Shown here: piece by piece, positions 10,165-19,464 of the stretch
Position numbering within the stretch: position 1 is the first letter of the stretch
Layout: each line of letters begins with the position of its first letter
Assembly (NCBI GenBank): GCA_038230375.1
Contig: JBBRNJ010000032.1
Coordinates: 22,407-86,406, forward strand
Length of the DNA stretch: 64,000 nt
Reading direction: 5' to 3'
Origin: Polyangiales bacterium
GTDB taxonomy: Bacteria > Myxococcota_A > Polyangia > Polyangiales > Polyangiaceae
Made by a program: the position numbers and the translations under genes
The notes under the pieces: model-generated
The model's database searches: none
What the model was told of the DNA's origin: nothing
What the model saw: the letters and a program-made list of their open reading frames with translations, nothing else

Positions 10165-11373
10165 TCAGAGGGGCTTCGTGATCGGGGCCTTCCACGCGTC
10201 CTCGAAGACGCGCGCGAGCGAGGCCGTGAACGCAGGTGACTCCACGACCAGGGCCACGTTGCGGCTCGACAGGAAGTAGTCGCCTTCCCAGTTGCTGGTC
10301 CCCACCCACGACGCGCGTGCGTCCACGACCAGCGTCTTCGCGTGGGCCACGCGCGCGAACGGGATCTCGCCGGTCGACGCCTCGGGGATGGTGATCACGC
10401 GCACCTCCACGTTGGGGACCGCCGAGAGCGCTCGCAGCGCGGCGCGCCCGTCCTCGTTTCGGAGAGCCCAATGCGACACCAGGAGCCGCACGTGAACGCC
10501 GCGCCCAGCCGCACGCCTGAGGGCGTCGTCCAGGACGTTGAAGGGCGCGCCGGGCGTCTTTCCGTGGAGCAGCTTGGTCCCGTACGTGAGCGTCTGGACG
10601 CTGACCTCCGTCTTCGCGCCGTCGAGCAGCGTGACCAGGCGCGGCAGGTCCGATGCGGCCTCGTCGGGCAAGAGCCCCGGAGGGCTTGCAACGAGCGAGA
10701 TGGTCCCGCCCTCCGCGAGCGGAACGTTGGTCGCGCTCTTCTTGTGCAGATACATGTCGGACGGCGCGCCGCCCGGCCCTGCAAGTGCGAAGTCGAGGTC
10801 GAAGATGTCGGTGAGGGCCGCCGCGATCTCCGTGCCCTCCACGCGCGCTCCGATCTCCTGCACGTGGGCGAGCGAGCGCCAGTCGAAATTCTGACTGCCA
10901 ACGAAGGACTCGCGCCCGTCGATGACGAAGTACTTGGCATGCAAGATACCCTTCGTCCACGCGTCCAGATCCAGGATGCACACCGTCACCTTGCACGCGC
11001 TCAGCTGCTCCAGTGTCTTCGCGTACTGCTTCGCGAGCTTCGCGTCCGCGAGGAAGCGCACGCGGACCCCACGGTCGGCAGCGTCGCACACGGCGCGGAT
11101 GACCGGCGTGAGGCGGCTCTCACCCAGGTGCTGATCATCCGCCTCGCTCGCGTAGAACTCCGCGATGTCCAGCGACGTGCGCGCGCGCGCGATCATCTCC
11201 GGCCACACGTCCTTCGCGTCGCGAATGTCCGCGTGGTCCAGGCCGGTCTCGAGCGGAGCCGTCTCCACGAGCTCGACCCGCGTCGGAACAGGACCCTTGG
11301 GCGCTTGTGCCTCCGGGCATGCAGAGAGCCCAAGGCCGCACAGGAGAGGCAGCAAGAGTGAGCGTATGCGCAC
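10165..11373 (-). CDS. Phospholipase D superfamily lipoprotein, PLD3/PLD4-like
   Basis: Two HxK-x4-D motifs (LHAKYFVID...GSQNFDWRSL; AHAKTLVVD...GTSNW) and lipobox LSAC. Confidence 0.88.
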   Translation of the reverse strand: MRIRSLLLPLLCGLGLSACPEAQAPKGPVPTRVELVETAPLETGLDHADIRDAKDVWPEMIARARTSLDIAEFYASEADDQHLGESRLTPVIRAVCDAADRGVRVRFLADAKLAKQYAKTLEQLSACKVTVCILDLDAWTKGILHAKYFVIDGRESFVGSQNFDWRSLAHVQEIGARVEGTEIAAALTDIFDLDFALAGPGGAPSDMYLHKKSATNVPLAEGGTISLVASPPGLLPDEAASDLPRLVTLLDGAKTEVSVQTLTYGTKLLHGKTPGAPFNVLDDALRRAAGRGVHVRLLVSHWALRNEDGRAALRALSAVPNVEVRVITIPEASTGEIPFARVAHAKTLVVDARASWVGTSNWEGDYFLSSRNVALVVESPAFTASLARVFEDAWKAPITKPL

Positions 11374-11396
11374 GCCGTGATGCTACACCCAAGGAC

Positions 11397-13799
11397 ATGC
11401 ATCGATGTGGGGTCCTTCCGTTCGCTGCGTTCGTGGCCATGGCCCTCGCGTCCGCCTTCGGGTGCGGCCCCGACAAGCCCGCGGCTGGTGTCGCGACCGC
11501 GCCGCGGCCCGGCCCTTCGTCGATGCCGGTGGCAGCAGACAGCGCGCCGGTATTGGATGCGCCTGTCGCGAGCGGGAGCGGTATCGAGCCGGCCACCACA
11601 GCGCCCCTCGCTGCGCAGGCGAAGGTCATGGCGACGCAGATCTCGCTGGGGACGGTCAGCTGCGTCACCACCACGGTCGGCGAGGTGTGGTGCTGGGGCG
11701 ACGGCGACGCCGGCGGATTCGGCGGGCAGACACGTGAGCGCGCACGCGTCGCGCCGAAGCCCGTTCCGGGTCTGACCGGCGTTGCGTACGTGGACTCGCG
11801 CAGCTCGAGCCCGTGTGCGCTGAAGAAGGATGGCACCGTGTGGTGCTGGGGCATGACGCTGGGACAGACACACGAAGGCGCGCGCGACCCTGAATCGTGG
11901 GGACACGGCGTCGAGCAGGTGCCCGGGTTGGAGAACATCGTGCAGATCTCGAGCGAGGGCTCGCGGCTCCTCGCGCGCCGCGCAGACGGCGCGGTGCTCC
12001 TGTGGGGCAAGCCGTTTCAGGAGCTCGGTCCCGTGACCAAGCGCGGGCAGAAGAAGCCCGGCATCGGGCCGAAGGCGATCGCGCGCGTCACGCGTCCGAT
12101 CGAGGTGGCAAGCCTGCGCGGTGCGGTCGACATCACGGAGGGCGGCGGAGCCATGCCGGCAGGCTGTGCGCGCATGAAGGACGGCGCCGTGAAGTGCTGG
12201 TCGAAGGACAAATACCTTGGCGAGGGATGGGGCACGGAGCATCTCGTCGAGACCCCCACCGTGATGCCGGAGCTTGCGGGCGCGAAGGAGATCGTCGTCG
12301 GCGAGAACAGCGCGTGTGCGCGGATGGCCGACGGGAGCGTGCGTTGCTGGGGCAGGAACAGCGACGGTCAGCTCGGCGACGGCACCACCGCGGATCGCTG
12401 GAAACCAGCTCCCGTGAAGGGGCTCACTGCCGCAGTGGCGCTCTCGATCGGGAGCGGCTTCGTGTGCGCCACGCTCGCGGACAAGACCGCGCGTTGCTGG
12501 GGCAAGCCGCTCGACATCTCGCTCTTCGCTGACGGCTCGCCGCCGCGCGTGCAGGCCTTGCCACGCAAGCTGGGAGTGACGGCGATCAAGGAGCTCCAGA
12601 TCCATGTGTGGAGCGCGTGCGCGCGCGTGGAGCGCTCGAGCGATCCCGATCCGAACGGGAGCCTCCTCTGCTGGGGTAAGAATCACTTCGCGGAGCTCGG
12701 AGATGGGAGCCGCACGGATCGCGACATGCCGGTTCTCGTCGCGCTGCCGGGCGCGAATGGCGTCGCGCCAGCCGTCACGCCTGCGGTCGCCGCGCCTCTT
12801 GCACCGACCACCGCGCCGGTCTCCATCTCTGCCGGCGGCAATGCCACGTGCGCCGCATTTGCGGACGGGACCGTGCGCTGCTGGGGCTCGAGCGAGTTCT
12901 CGCAGCAAGGCGACGGCACCTCGGCTGATCATCCATGCCCTGCGCTCGCGGACGTCACGAGCGCCACGCAGGTCGCGGTGGGCGTGGTGCACGCGTGCGC
13001 GCGGCTGTCGGACGGTCATGTGAAATGCTGGGGCACCAACTATGGCGGGCAGCTCGGCAACGGCGCTCATGGCGGCCCCACGCCCATTCCCGCGGACGCG
13101 CGGCTCGACCACGTCACGAAGATCGCTGCCGGCACGTGGACGTGCGCGCTCCTCGAGAGCAAGAAGGTGTCTTGCTTCGGCGACTGGGATGACGGCGAGC
13201 GTTCCGGTTCCTTTCTTCCGCGCGACGTCGGGGTGGCCGGTGCCACGGACGTCACCGCGGGCGGTCAGCACGGGTGCGCGCTCCTCGCGAATGGAAGCGT
13301 GAAGTGCTTCGGAACACGCTGGGCATCGGGCCTGAGCACCGCGCCGCTCGCGTTCCGTGACGTCACGGCGATCGCAAGCTCCGACGGCTCGTGCGCCGTG
13401 AAGAAGGACGGAACCCTCACGTGCTGGGGCACGCCCAACGTGCCGCAGATCCCATCGCGATCGGACGTGCACTCGCCAGCGATCGCGCCGCTCTGGGCGG
13501 ACATCGCGCAGCTCTCCATGGGCAACGATCTGGCGTGCGGCATCCGCACGGATGGAACCGTCATCTGTCAGCCAGAGAAGAAGCTTCCCGCTGTGGTGCC
13601 AGGCGTCTCGCAGGTCGTCGAGATCGCCGCGGGTCGCGCGCATGCCTGCGCCCGCACGCGCGACGGAAAGATCCTCTGCTGGGGCGAGAACGACCACGGG
13701 CAGCTCGGAGACGGCACCACCACCGCCCGTCCCACCCCCTCCGAGGTCACCTGGTGCACTGGAAAAAGGCCTGGCGGCAGCAATCCCGTCGCTCCCTGA
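11397..13799 (+). CDS. RCC1-repeat lipoprotein
   Basis: Many 'CA...DGtVxCWG.N..GQLGDG' repeats and lipobox AFGC. Confidence 0.9.
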   Translation: MHRCGVLPFAAFVAMALASAFGCGPDKPAAGVATAPRPGPSSMPVAADSAPVLDAPVASGSGIEPATTAPLAAQAKVMATQISLGTVSCVTTTVGEVWCWGDGDAGGFGGQTRERARVAPKPVPGLTGVAYVDSRSSSPCALKKDGTVWCWGMTLGQTHEGARDPESWGHGVEQVPGLENIVQISSEGSRLLARRADGAVLLWGKPFQELGPVTKRGQKKPGIGPKAIARVTRPIEVASLRGAVDITEGGGAMPAGCARMKDGAVKCWSKDKYLGEGWGTEHLVETPTVMPELAGAKEIVVGENSACARMADGSVRCWGRNSDGQLGDGTTADRWKPAPVKGLTAAVALSIGSGFVCATLADKTARCWGKPLDISLFADGSPPRVQALPRKLGVTAIKELQIHVWSACARVERSSDPDPNGSLLCWGKNHFAELGDGSRTDRDMPVLVALPGANGVAPAVTPAVAAPLAPTTAPVSISAGGNATCAAFADGTVRCWGSSEFSQQGDGTSADHPCPALADVTSATQVAVGVVHACARLSDGHVKCWGTNYGGQLGNGAHGGPTPIPADARLDHVTKIAAGTWTCALLESKKVSCFGDWDDGERSGSFLPRDVGVAGATDVTAGGQHGCALLANGSVKCFGTRWASGLSTAPLAFRDVTAIASSDGSCAVKKDGTLTCWGTPNVPQIPSRSDVHSPAIAPLWADIAQLSMGNDLACGIRTDGTVICQPEKKLPAVVPGVSQVVEIAAGRAHACARTRDGKILCWGENDHGQLGDGTTTARPTPSEVTWCTGKRPGGSNPVAP

Positions 13800-13801
13800 A
13801 G

Positions 13802-13840
13802 TTTTTTGCGCAACCTTCGCGTGCGCCGGCCGATGGGGAG
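13802..13840 (+). promoter_or_regulatory. Putative alternative-sigma (sigma28/ECF-like) promoter: T6...GCAACC-N13-GCCGATGG
   Basis: Near-identical copy at 59881-59918 with the same spacing and a 16-bp identical block GCCGGCCGATGGGGAG. GCCGAT matches the FliA -10 core. Confidence 0.55.
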
Positions 13841-13864
13841 GCTGAACCCCCGAAGGAGCAAACC

Positions 13865-14389
13865 ATGGACACCCGAATCCCCGACAAGACCGCCGATATT
13901 CGTGAGGTGCGCAGCACCCCGCGCGTGACGCCTGGGCCTGCGCAGACCCACTTCAAGGAGGTCCTCGCGTCCACCGCCGTGCAGGGCGCCGAGCAGGCAA
14001 TGACCATGCTGCCGGGCGGTCCGGTGATGGCGCTCGCGCTCCGTGGTGCGCCGTCTCTGCCCATGCAGATGAACACGATGTCGGGCGGCTCGCCGTTCGG
14101 CAGCGTCGGCGGCATGGGGGGCATGGGTGGTCGAACCTCGCAGGCCGCGACCGCGGAGGGACCGAGCGCGGGTACGTCTTCCGGTGGCGCCGTGGACCCG
14201 ACCACGGGTCTCCCCACGTCCGATCAGGCCGGCATCCAGGGCTCGCTCCAGCAGAGCCAGGAGATGAACCTCTACTACCTCCAGATCCAGGAGGCGGTGA
14301 ACGCGCAGAACCGCTCGTTCACGGCGCTGTCGAACGTCATCAAGGCGGAGCACGACACGGTGAAGACGGCCATCGGCAACATTCACTGA
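13865..14389 (+). CDS. Hypothetical protein with T3SS needle-subunit (SctF/PrgI)-like C-terminal helix
   Basis: AAGGAG RBS. C-terminus Q-x6-N-x6-SN-x2-K-x3-D-x5-I-x-N-x2-stop matches the register of PrgI as recalled. Confidence 0.65.
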   Translation: MDTRIPDKTADIREVRSTPRVTPGPAQTHFKEVLASTAVQGAEQAMTMLPGGPVMALALRGAPSLPMQMNTMSGGSPFGSVGGMGGMGGRTSQAATAEGPSAGTSSGGAVDPTTGLPTSDQAGIQGSLQQSQEMNLYYLQIQEAVNAQNRSFTALSNVIKAEHDTVKTAIGNIH

Positions 14390-14410
14390 TATAGTGAGGA
14401 AGGCAACGCG

Positions 14411-14830
14411 ATGGGAATCGATGGCATCGGTAACGGCGGACGCATCCCGCCTGGTGGTCCTGGCGGCGTGGGCGGCGCTCCCGGCGCATCCGGCGCGTCG
14501 GGTCCTTCAGCCACGAAGGAGACGGGTCGCGCGTTCGACGTGCATGGTGCCGACCGCGCGGACCAGGCGAAGGCCGCCGAGACGCAGCAGGCGCGAGAGG
14601 TCGAGCGCTCGCCGCTCGAGCGATTGCGTGCTGGCGAGATCGACGTGAACGGCTATGTCGATCTCAAGGTCGACGTGGCCACGAAGAACCTCTCTGGACT
14701 CTCTCGCGTCGAGCTCGACCAGATCCGCGCCACGTTGAAGCACCAGATGGCGAACGATCCGGCCGTCGTCGACCTGGTGAAGCAGGCGACCGGAGCCGTT
14801 CCCTCAGGCGCAAAGCCCGAAGGCGAGTGA
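14411..14830 (+). CDS. Small hypothetical protein (Gly/Pro-rich N-terminus, helical C-terminus)
   Basis: 139-aa ORF with GAGGAAGG upstream. No Sec signal. Stop overlaps the next start. Confidence 0.75.
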   Translation: MGIDGIGNGGRIPPGGPGGVGGAPGASGASGPSATKETGRAFDVHGADRADQAKAAETQQAREVERSPLERLRAGEIDVNGYVDLKVDVATKNLSGLSRVELDQIRATLKHQMANDPAVVDLVKQATGAVPSGAKPEGE

Positions 14831-15816
14831 CCTCGAATTCTTCAGTAGGCCGTCGCGACGCGCTCTCCTTCGCGGCATCGCTCGCGACGTCGCTCGTGCT
14901 CGGCTGCAACAAGAAGAAGGAGGCGCTGCAGATCACGGCGCCGCTCGGCACCGTGGTGGACTCGACGCAGACCGGCGACGCTGGCGTATTTGCGCGCGGC
15001 GCCGTGCGCCTCGTCACCATGAAGTTCGACGCCACGACCATGGGTCAGCCGTCCGCGGCCGTGGTGGTGGTGCCCGCGTGGGGCGCTCCCGGCGAGAAGT
15101 TCCCCGTCGTGATCGCGCTGCACGGCCACGGCGAATCGCTCAAGCCGCCGCTGGAAGGCGCCATGGGCTGGCCGCGCGACTATGCGCTCACGCGCGCGTT
15201 CGGCAGGCTCGCTTCACCGCCGCTCACGAAGGATGACTACGAATCGTTCGTGACCGACGCGCGCCTGCGCGACGTGAACGCGCAGCTCGCCACGCGCCCG
15301 TTCCGCGGCGTGATCGTGGCCTGTCCATTCATGCCCGACGGTGACGTCCGCAGCACCTCACCGCAGACGGGCCCCACCACGGCGTCGCGCGCTGAGTTCA
15401 TCCTGAAGATGCTCCTGCCCAGGGTCCGCGCCGAGACTCCCGCCCGCGCCGACGCGAAGTCCACCGGCATCGACGGCGTATCGTTTGGCGGCGCGCTCGC
15501 GCTGCGCATCGGCCTCGGGAATCCGGAGGCGTTCGGCGCGGTGGGCGCTTTCCAGCCCGCGCTCGCCCAGGAAGAGGCCTCGGATTACGTGCAGCTTGCA
15601 CAGAATGCGCGCGCCAGGAACAAGTCGCTGGCGCTCAATCTGGTCACCAGCGACGGCGACTACTTCCGTCCCGCCGTGCTCGCGACCCACGAGGCGCTGC
15701 GAGACAACGGCGTGCCGTGCACACTCCTGGAATCGGAAGGCCCGCACGACTACGCCTTCAACCGCGGACCAGGGAGCCTGGAGCTCTTGCTGTTCCACGA
15801 CCGGGCGCTCCGATGA
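14827..15816 (+). CDS. Alpha/beta hydrolase (esterase family), probable Tat lipoprotein
   Basis: RRDALSF...VLGC signal, LHG oxyanion motif, GxSxGG nucleophile (GVSFGG), GPHDY catalytic His. Confidence 0.82.
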   Translation: MTSNSSVGRRDALSFAASLATSLVLGCNKKKEALQITAPLGTVVDSTQTGDAGVFARGAVRLVTMKFDATTMGQPSAAVVVVPAWGAPGEKFPVVIALHGHGESLKPPLEGAMGWPRDYALTRAFGRLASPPLTKDDYESFVTDARLRDVNAQLATRPFRGVIVACPFMPDGDVRSTSPQTGPTTASRAEFILKMLLPRVRAETPARADAKSTGIDGVSFGGALALRIGLGNPEAFGAVGAFQPALAQEEASDYVQLAQNARARNKSLALNLVTSDGDYFRPAVLATHEALRDNGVPCTLLESEGPHDYAFNRGPGSLELLLFHDRALR

Positions 15817-15923
15817 TGTGATCACGGCTTCTGCTCTGGCTCGACCTGGCACAGCACAACGCCACGATCGACGGCTAAAACAGGCCGATTTCGCGATGCA
15901 CGGAAGTTGCAATCATCTGGAAC

Positions 15924-16655
15924 ATGCTCTCCTCTCACTCGCCTCTGGTGCTGTCCGGTCTTGCCATGCTCACGCTGTCGGCGATCGTCGTCGCATGTGG
16001 AGGCGCCACTACCTCTGGCATCTCTGGACCTGGCGCGGACGGCGGGAACGGCGGCACCGACGGCGGCACCGGCGCCGATGGCAGCAGCCCGAGCGGCTGT
16101 CCCGACACGATGCCCACCGCTGGCACGCAGTGCGACAAGCCGGGCGCCTCGTGCGAGTACGGCGGACAGGGCCCGCTTCTCCTGTGCAGCACGCTCGCGC
16201 AGTGCGTGACGCGCGACGGTCCCACGGGCTCGTGGACCGTGACTCCACCGGCCGCGACATGCATCAGCACGCCGGCGCAGAATCCCTCGTCGTGCCCCAA
16301 GGCCTTCGGCGACGTTCCCACGGGCGCGAAGTGTCCAGGGGGCAACGCGCTCGGCGCGGCGAGCTGCGTGTACCCCGAAGGCATGTGCGGCTGCGAGAGC
16401 TGCTACGAGCCAAGCGACGGCAGCCTTGGCAATCAGAACCAGGAATGGAAATGCGATCCGTACCCGATGCCCGGCGACGGCTGTCCCAGTCCGCGGCCCG
16501 AGATCGGTAGCGCTTGCCCGAAGGAGGGACAGTCCTGCTTCTACGGCGGCGGCTGCGGCACGCCGATCCCCTTCTCTGCGATCGCGTGCCAGAACGGCGC
16601 GTGGACCCCGGAGGCAGTGGGCCTGGACTGCGCCATCCTGACGTGCGGCAAGTAG
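15924..16655 (+). CDS. Cys-rich repeat lipoprotein
   Basis: Lipobox VVAC. Three 'CP...P..G..C...G.SC.Y' units. Confidence 0.8.
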   Translation: MLSSHSPLVLSGLAMLTLSAIVVACGGATTSGISGPGADGGNGGTDGGTGADGSSPSGCPDTMPTAGTQCDKPGASCEYGGQGPLLLCSTLAQCVTRDGPTGSWTVTPPAATCISTPAQNPSSCPKAFGDVPTGAKCPGGNALGAASCVYPEGMCGCESCYEPSDGSLGNQNQEWKCDPYPMPGDGCPSPRPEIGSACPKEGQSCFYGGGCGTPIPFSAIACQNGAWTPEAVGLDCAILTCGK

Positions 16656-16722
16656 CCAGTCGCGCGCTCAATTCCGCCAACGCGGGTTCACAATGGTGTT
16701 CCCGCGCCCATCGCGGTAGAAA

Positions 16723-19434
16723 ATGACCCGGGCCATCCCCGTGTTCGCCTCCAAGACCGACAAGAACCACTCGCACCGTCACGGCTCGTGGCTCACGGAG
16801 CTGGGCGCGGACGCGGACTCGCGCGCGACCGACGCGCGTGCGGTCGGTGGAAAGGCTGCGCGCACCGCGTGGCTCATCGCGCACGGCTTCGAGGTCCCCC
16901 GCACGTGGGTGCTCGGCACGGCGGCGTTCGAGGCAGCCATTGCGCATCTTCCGCCCGCATGCGAGCCGCGCTCGCTCCTCCGGGCCGCGCTCGCGCGCAC
17001 CGTCTACAACCGCGCGGCAGAGGCACGCGAGGCGATCCTCGCGGCGGCGCTCCCCGCGCACCTCGAAGAAGAGCTTCGCGCGCTCTGGGAGACGCTTGCA
17101 AGCACGGCGCCCTGGGGTCTGGCCGTTCGCTCGAGCGCCACGTGCGAGGACTCCGCGCTGGTCAGCATGGCGGGCCTTGCGGACACGAAGCTGGGCGTCC
17201 GCGGCGCCGCTGAGCTGGTGCAAGCAGTGCGCGAGGTGTGGGCCTCCGTCGCGTCCGGCCGCGCCCTCTCGTACCTCGCGGCGCACGGCGTGCGCGATCT
17301 GGGCATGGCGGTCGTCATCCAGCCCGTCGTCGTGGCGGAGGCCGCGGGCGTGATGTTCACGCGCGCACCCGACAAGCCCAAGGAGCGCATCGTCAACGTG
17401 TCGTTCGGCCTTGGCGCCCCCGTGGTCGACGGCGTCGCATCGCCCGATGTGTTCCGCTTCGACGTCGCCGGGAAGATCACGGCAGAGTCCATTGCCCACA
17501 AACCGAAGCGCAGCGTGGTCACCAAGGACGGCTTCTCCACCGAGGACAACCCCAGCCCGAACGAGAGCTCGCTCACGCCCGCGCTCCTTGGCGAGCTCGC
17601 GAGGATCGCGAAGCGCCTCGAGGAGGCCAAGGACATCGCCTGGGACGTGGAGTTCGCCGTGGAGAACGGCCGCGTGATCGTGGTGCAGGCGCGGCCCATC
17701 ACCGGCGCGGCGGGTTACCCCGAAGGCGGCGGGCCCACCACCGTGTGGAGCCGGGTCAACGTGGGTGAGGCACTGCCCGGCGTCGCCACTCCATTCACGT
17801 GGTCGGTTGCGGGCGCGTTCAGCGAGACGGGTTTTCGTCGGGCGTTCGCGTCGCTCGGCTGCCGCGTCCCCAAGAACGCGAAGCTGGTCGGCAACGTCTA
17901 CGGCCGCTTCTATCTGAACCTGACGGAGTTCTCGCGCATCGCCGCGCAGGTCCCGATGTTGTCACCGCGCGCGCTGGTGGAGCTCGGCGGCGGCTCCGGC
18001 GCGGAGGAGGTGGAGAACCAGCTCGGCGGGATCTCGAAGCGTGGATTCTACATGCGTCTCCCGCAGACGGCGAGCCGGCTCATCACCGAGCAGCTGGGGC
18101 TCGACGCCCAGGTGGACGAGTTCGAGCGCTACGCGCAGCGCGTGCTGCACACGCATAACTCGCTCGACATTGGCGTGCTGCCCGACGAAGGCATCTCACG
18201 CACGCTGCGCGATCTGCAGGAGGTGCTGGAGCGAACCGGCAACGTGATGCTCACGTGCGGCTCCAGCGCGCTCGGCGCCCATCTCGCGCTCAAGATGATG
18301 ATCGCGCGATTCGACAAGGCGAGCGCGGATCGGCTCTCGCAGGGGCTGGTCCGCGGCATCCGCGATCTGGAGAGCGCGCGCCCTGCCATCGCAGTGTCCA
18401 CGATCGTGGAGTGCGCCAACCGCGAACCGGACGCCCGCGCCGCGCTGCTGGACAAGAACACGCGCGACGTGAGCGCGCTGCCAGAAGGCGCGACCAAGCG
18501 CGCCCTCGTGAGCTTCCTGGACCTCTATGGTGATCGCGCCGTTCGCGAGGCCGAGCTCTCCACGCCGCGGTGGCGCGAGGACCACGGCAGCGTGCTCACG
18601 ATGGTGCGGGTCGCGCTGCGCGGAGAGCCGCGCGAGGTCACGGAGGCGCTCGCACGCGCGAAGGCGATGGCAGACGCGGACATGGCGGAGCTCAGCCCGC
18701 GTCTTGGCTTCCTCGCGCAGACCGCGCTTCGGCATCTGGTGGCGCGCGCGCAGAAGGCAGAGCGCCTGCGCGAGCGGATGCGCGCATGGGTGACGCGCAT
18801 GCTCGGCCTGGTGCGCGCCGCGGCGCTGGGCGCGGACAGCCGCCTGTCGCGCCTCTTGCCGGAGCTCGAGCACGAGCGCGTCCAGATGGCGGAGCGCGGG
18901 CTCCGCGTCGCGAAGATCCCCAACGTGTTCTTCCTCACCATCGACGAGGTCTGCGAGATCCTGCGCACGGCGCGCTCGGACTTCGGTCCGCTGGTGCGCG
19001 CGCGAAGGGCCGAGGTCGCGCGCGAGGAGGCTCGTCCCGATCCGCCGGTGACCTTCACGGGCGTGCCGCCATCCATGGTGCTCCCCACGGCCACGGGCGA
19101 CGTGATGAACGGCTTCGGCGCGTCCAGCGGCGTCGTCGAGGGGCGCGCGCGCGTGCTCTTCTCCGCGGCAGACATGAGCGAGCTCCTCCCCGGCGAGATC
19201 CTGGTCGTCCGCACCACCGACGTGGGCTGGACCCCGCTCTTCCTCATGGCGGCGGGCGTGGTCACGGAGCTGGGTGGCGCGCTCTCGCACGCGGCGGTCG
19301 TCGCGCGCGAGCTGTCGGTGCCCGCAGTGGTCAACGTCGATGGCGCCACACGGCGCATCCGCACCGGAGACCTGATCTGCATCGACGGCGACCGCGGCAC
19401 CGTCCAGAAGCAGAGCCCGCGGACAAGCTCCTAG
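16723..19434 (+). CDS. PEP/pyruvate-binding + PEP-utiliser (phospho-His) protein, rifamycin phosphotransferase/PigC-like architecture
   Basis: VGGKAA, AVRSSA..EDS..SMAG, DVEFA, QARPIT at the N-terminus. C-terminal TDVGWTPLF and LSHAAVVARE. Confidence 0.85.
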   Translation: MTRAIPVFASKTDKNHSHRHGSWLTELGADADSRATDARAVGGKAARTAWLIAHGFEVPRTWVLGTAAFEAAIAHLPPACEPRSLLRAALARTVYNRAAEAREAILAAALPAHLEEELRALWETLASTAPWGLAVRSSATCEDSALVSMAGLADTKLGVRGAAELVQAVREVWASVASGRALSYLAAHGVRDLGMAVVIQPVVVAEAAGVMFTRAPDKPKERIVNVSFGLGAPVVDGVASPDVFRFDVAGKITAESIAHKPKRSVVTKDGFSTEDNPSPNESSLTPALLGELARIAKRLEEAKDIAWDVEFAVENGRVIVVQARPITGAAGYPEGGGPTTVWSRVNVGEALPGVATPFTWSVAGAFSETGFRRAFASLGCRVPKNAKLVGNVYGRFYLNLTEFSRIAAQVPMLSPRALVELGGGSGAEEVENQLGGISKRGFYMRLPQTASRLITEQLGLDAQVDEFERYAQRVLHTHNSLDIGVLPDEGISRTLRDLQEVLERTGNVMLTCGSSALGAHLALKMMIARFDKASADRLSQGLVRGIRDLESARPAIAVSTIVECANREPDARAALLDKNTRDVSALPEGATKRALVSFLDLYGDRAVREAELSTPRWREDHGSVLTMVRVALRGEPREVTEALARAKAMADADMAELSPRLGFLAQTALRHLVARAQKAERLRERMRAWVTRMLGLVRAAALGADSRLSRLLPELEHERVQMAERGLRVAKIPNVFFLTIDEVCEILRTARSDFGPLVRARRAEVAREEARPDPPVTFTGVPPSMVLPTATGDVMNGFGASSGVVEGRARVLFSAADMSELLPGEILVVRTTDVGWTPLFLMAAGVVTELGGALSHAAVVARELSVPAVVNVDGATRRIRTGDLICIDGDRGTVQKQSPRTSS

Positions 19435-19464
19435 GTTTGCTGCGGGAAGTAGTAGGGTTCTTGC

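Noticed and set aside
15896..15911. Sigma54-like promoter ATGCACGGAAGTTGCA
   Set aside because: It lacks the invariant GG at -24/-25.
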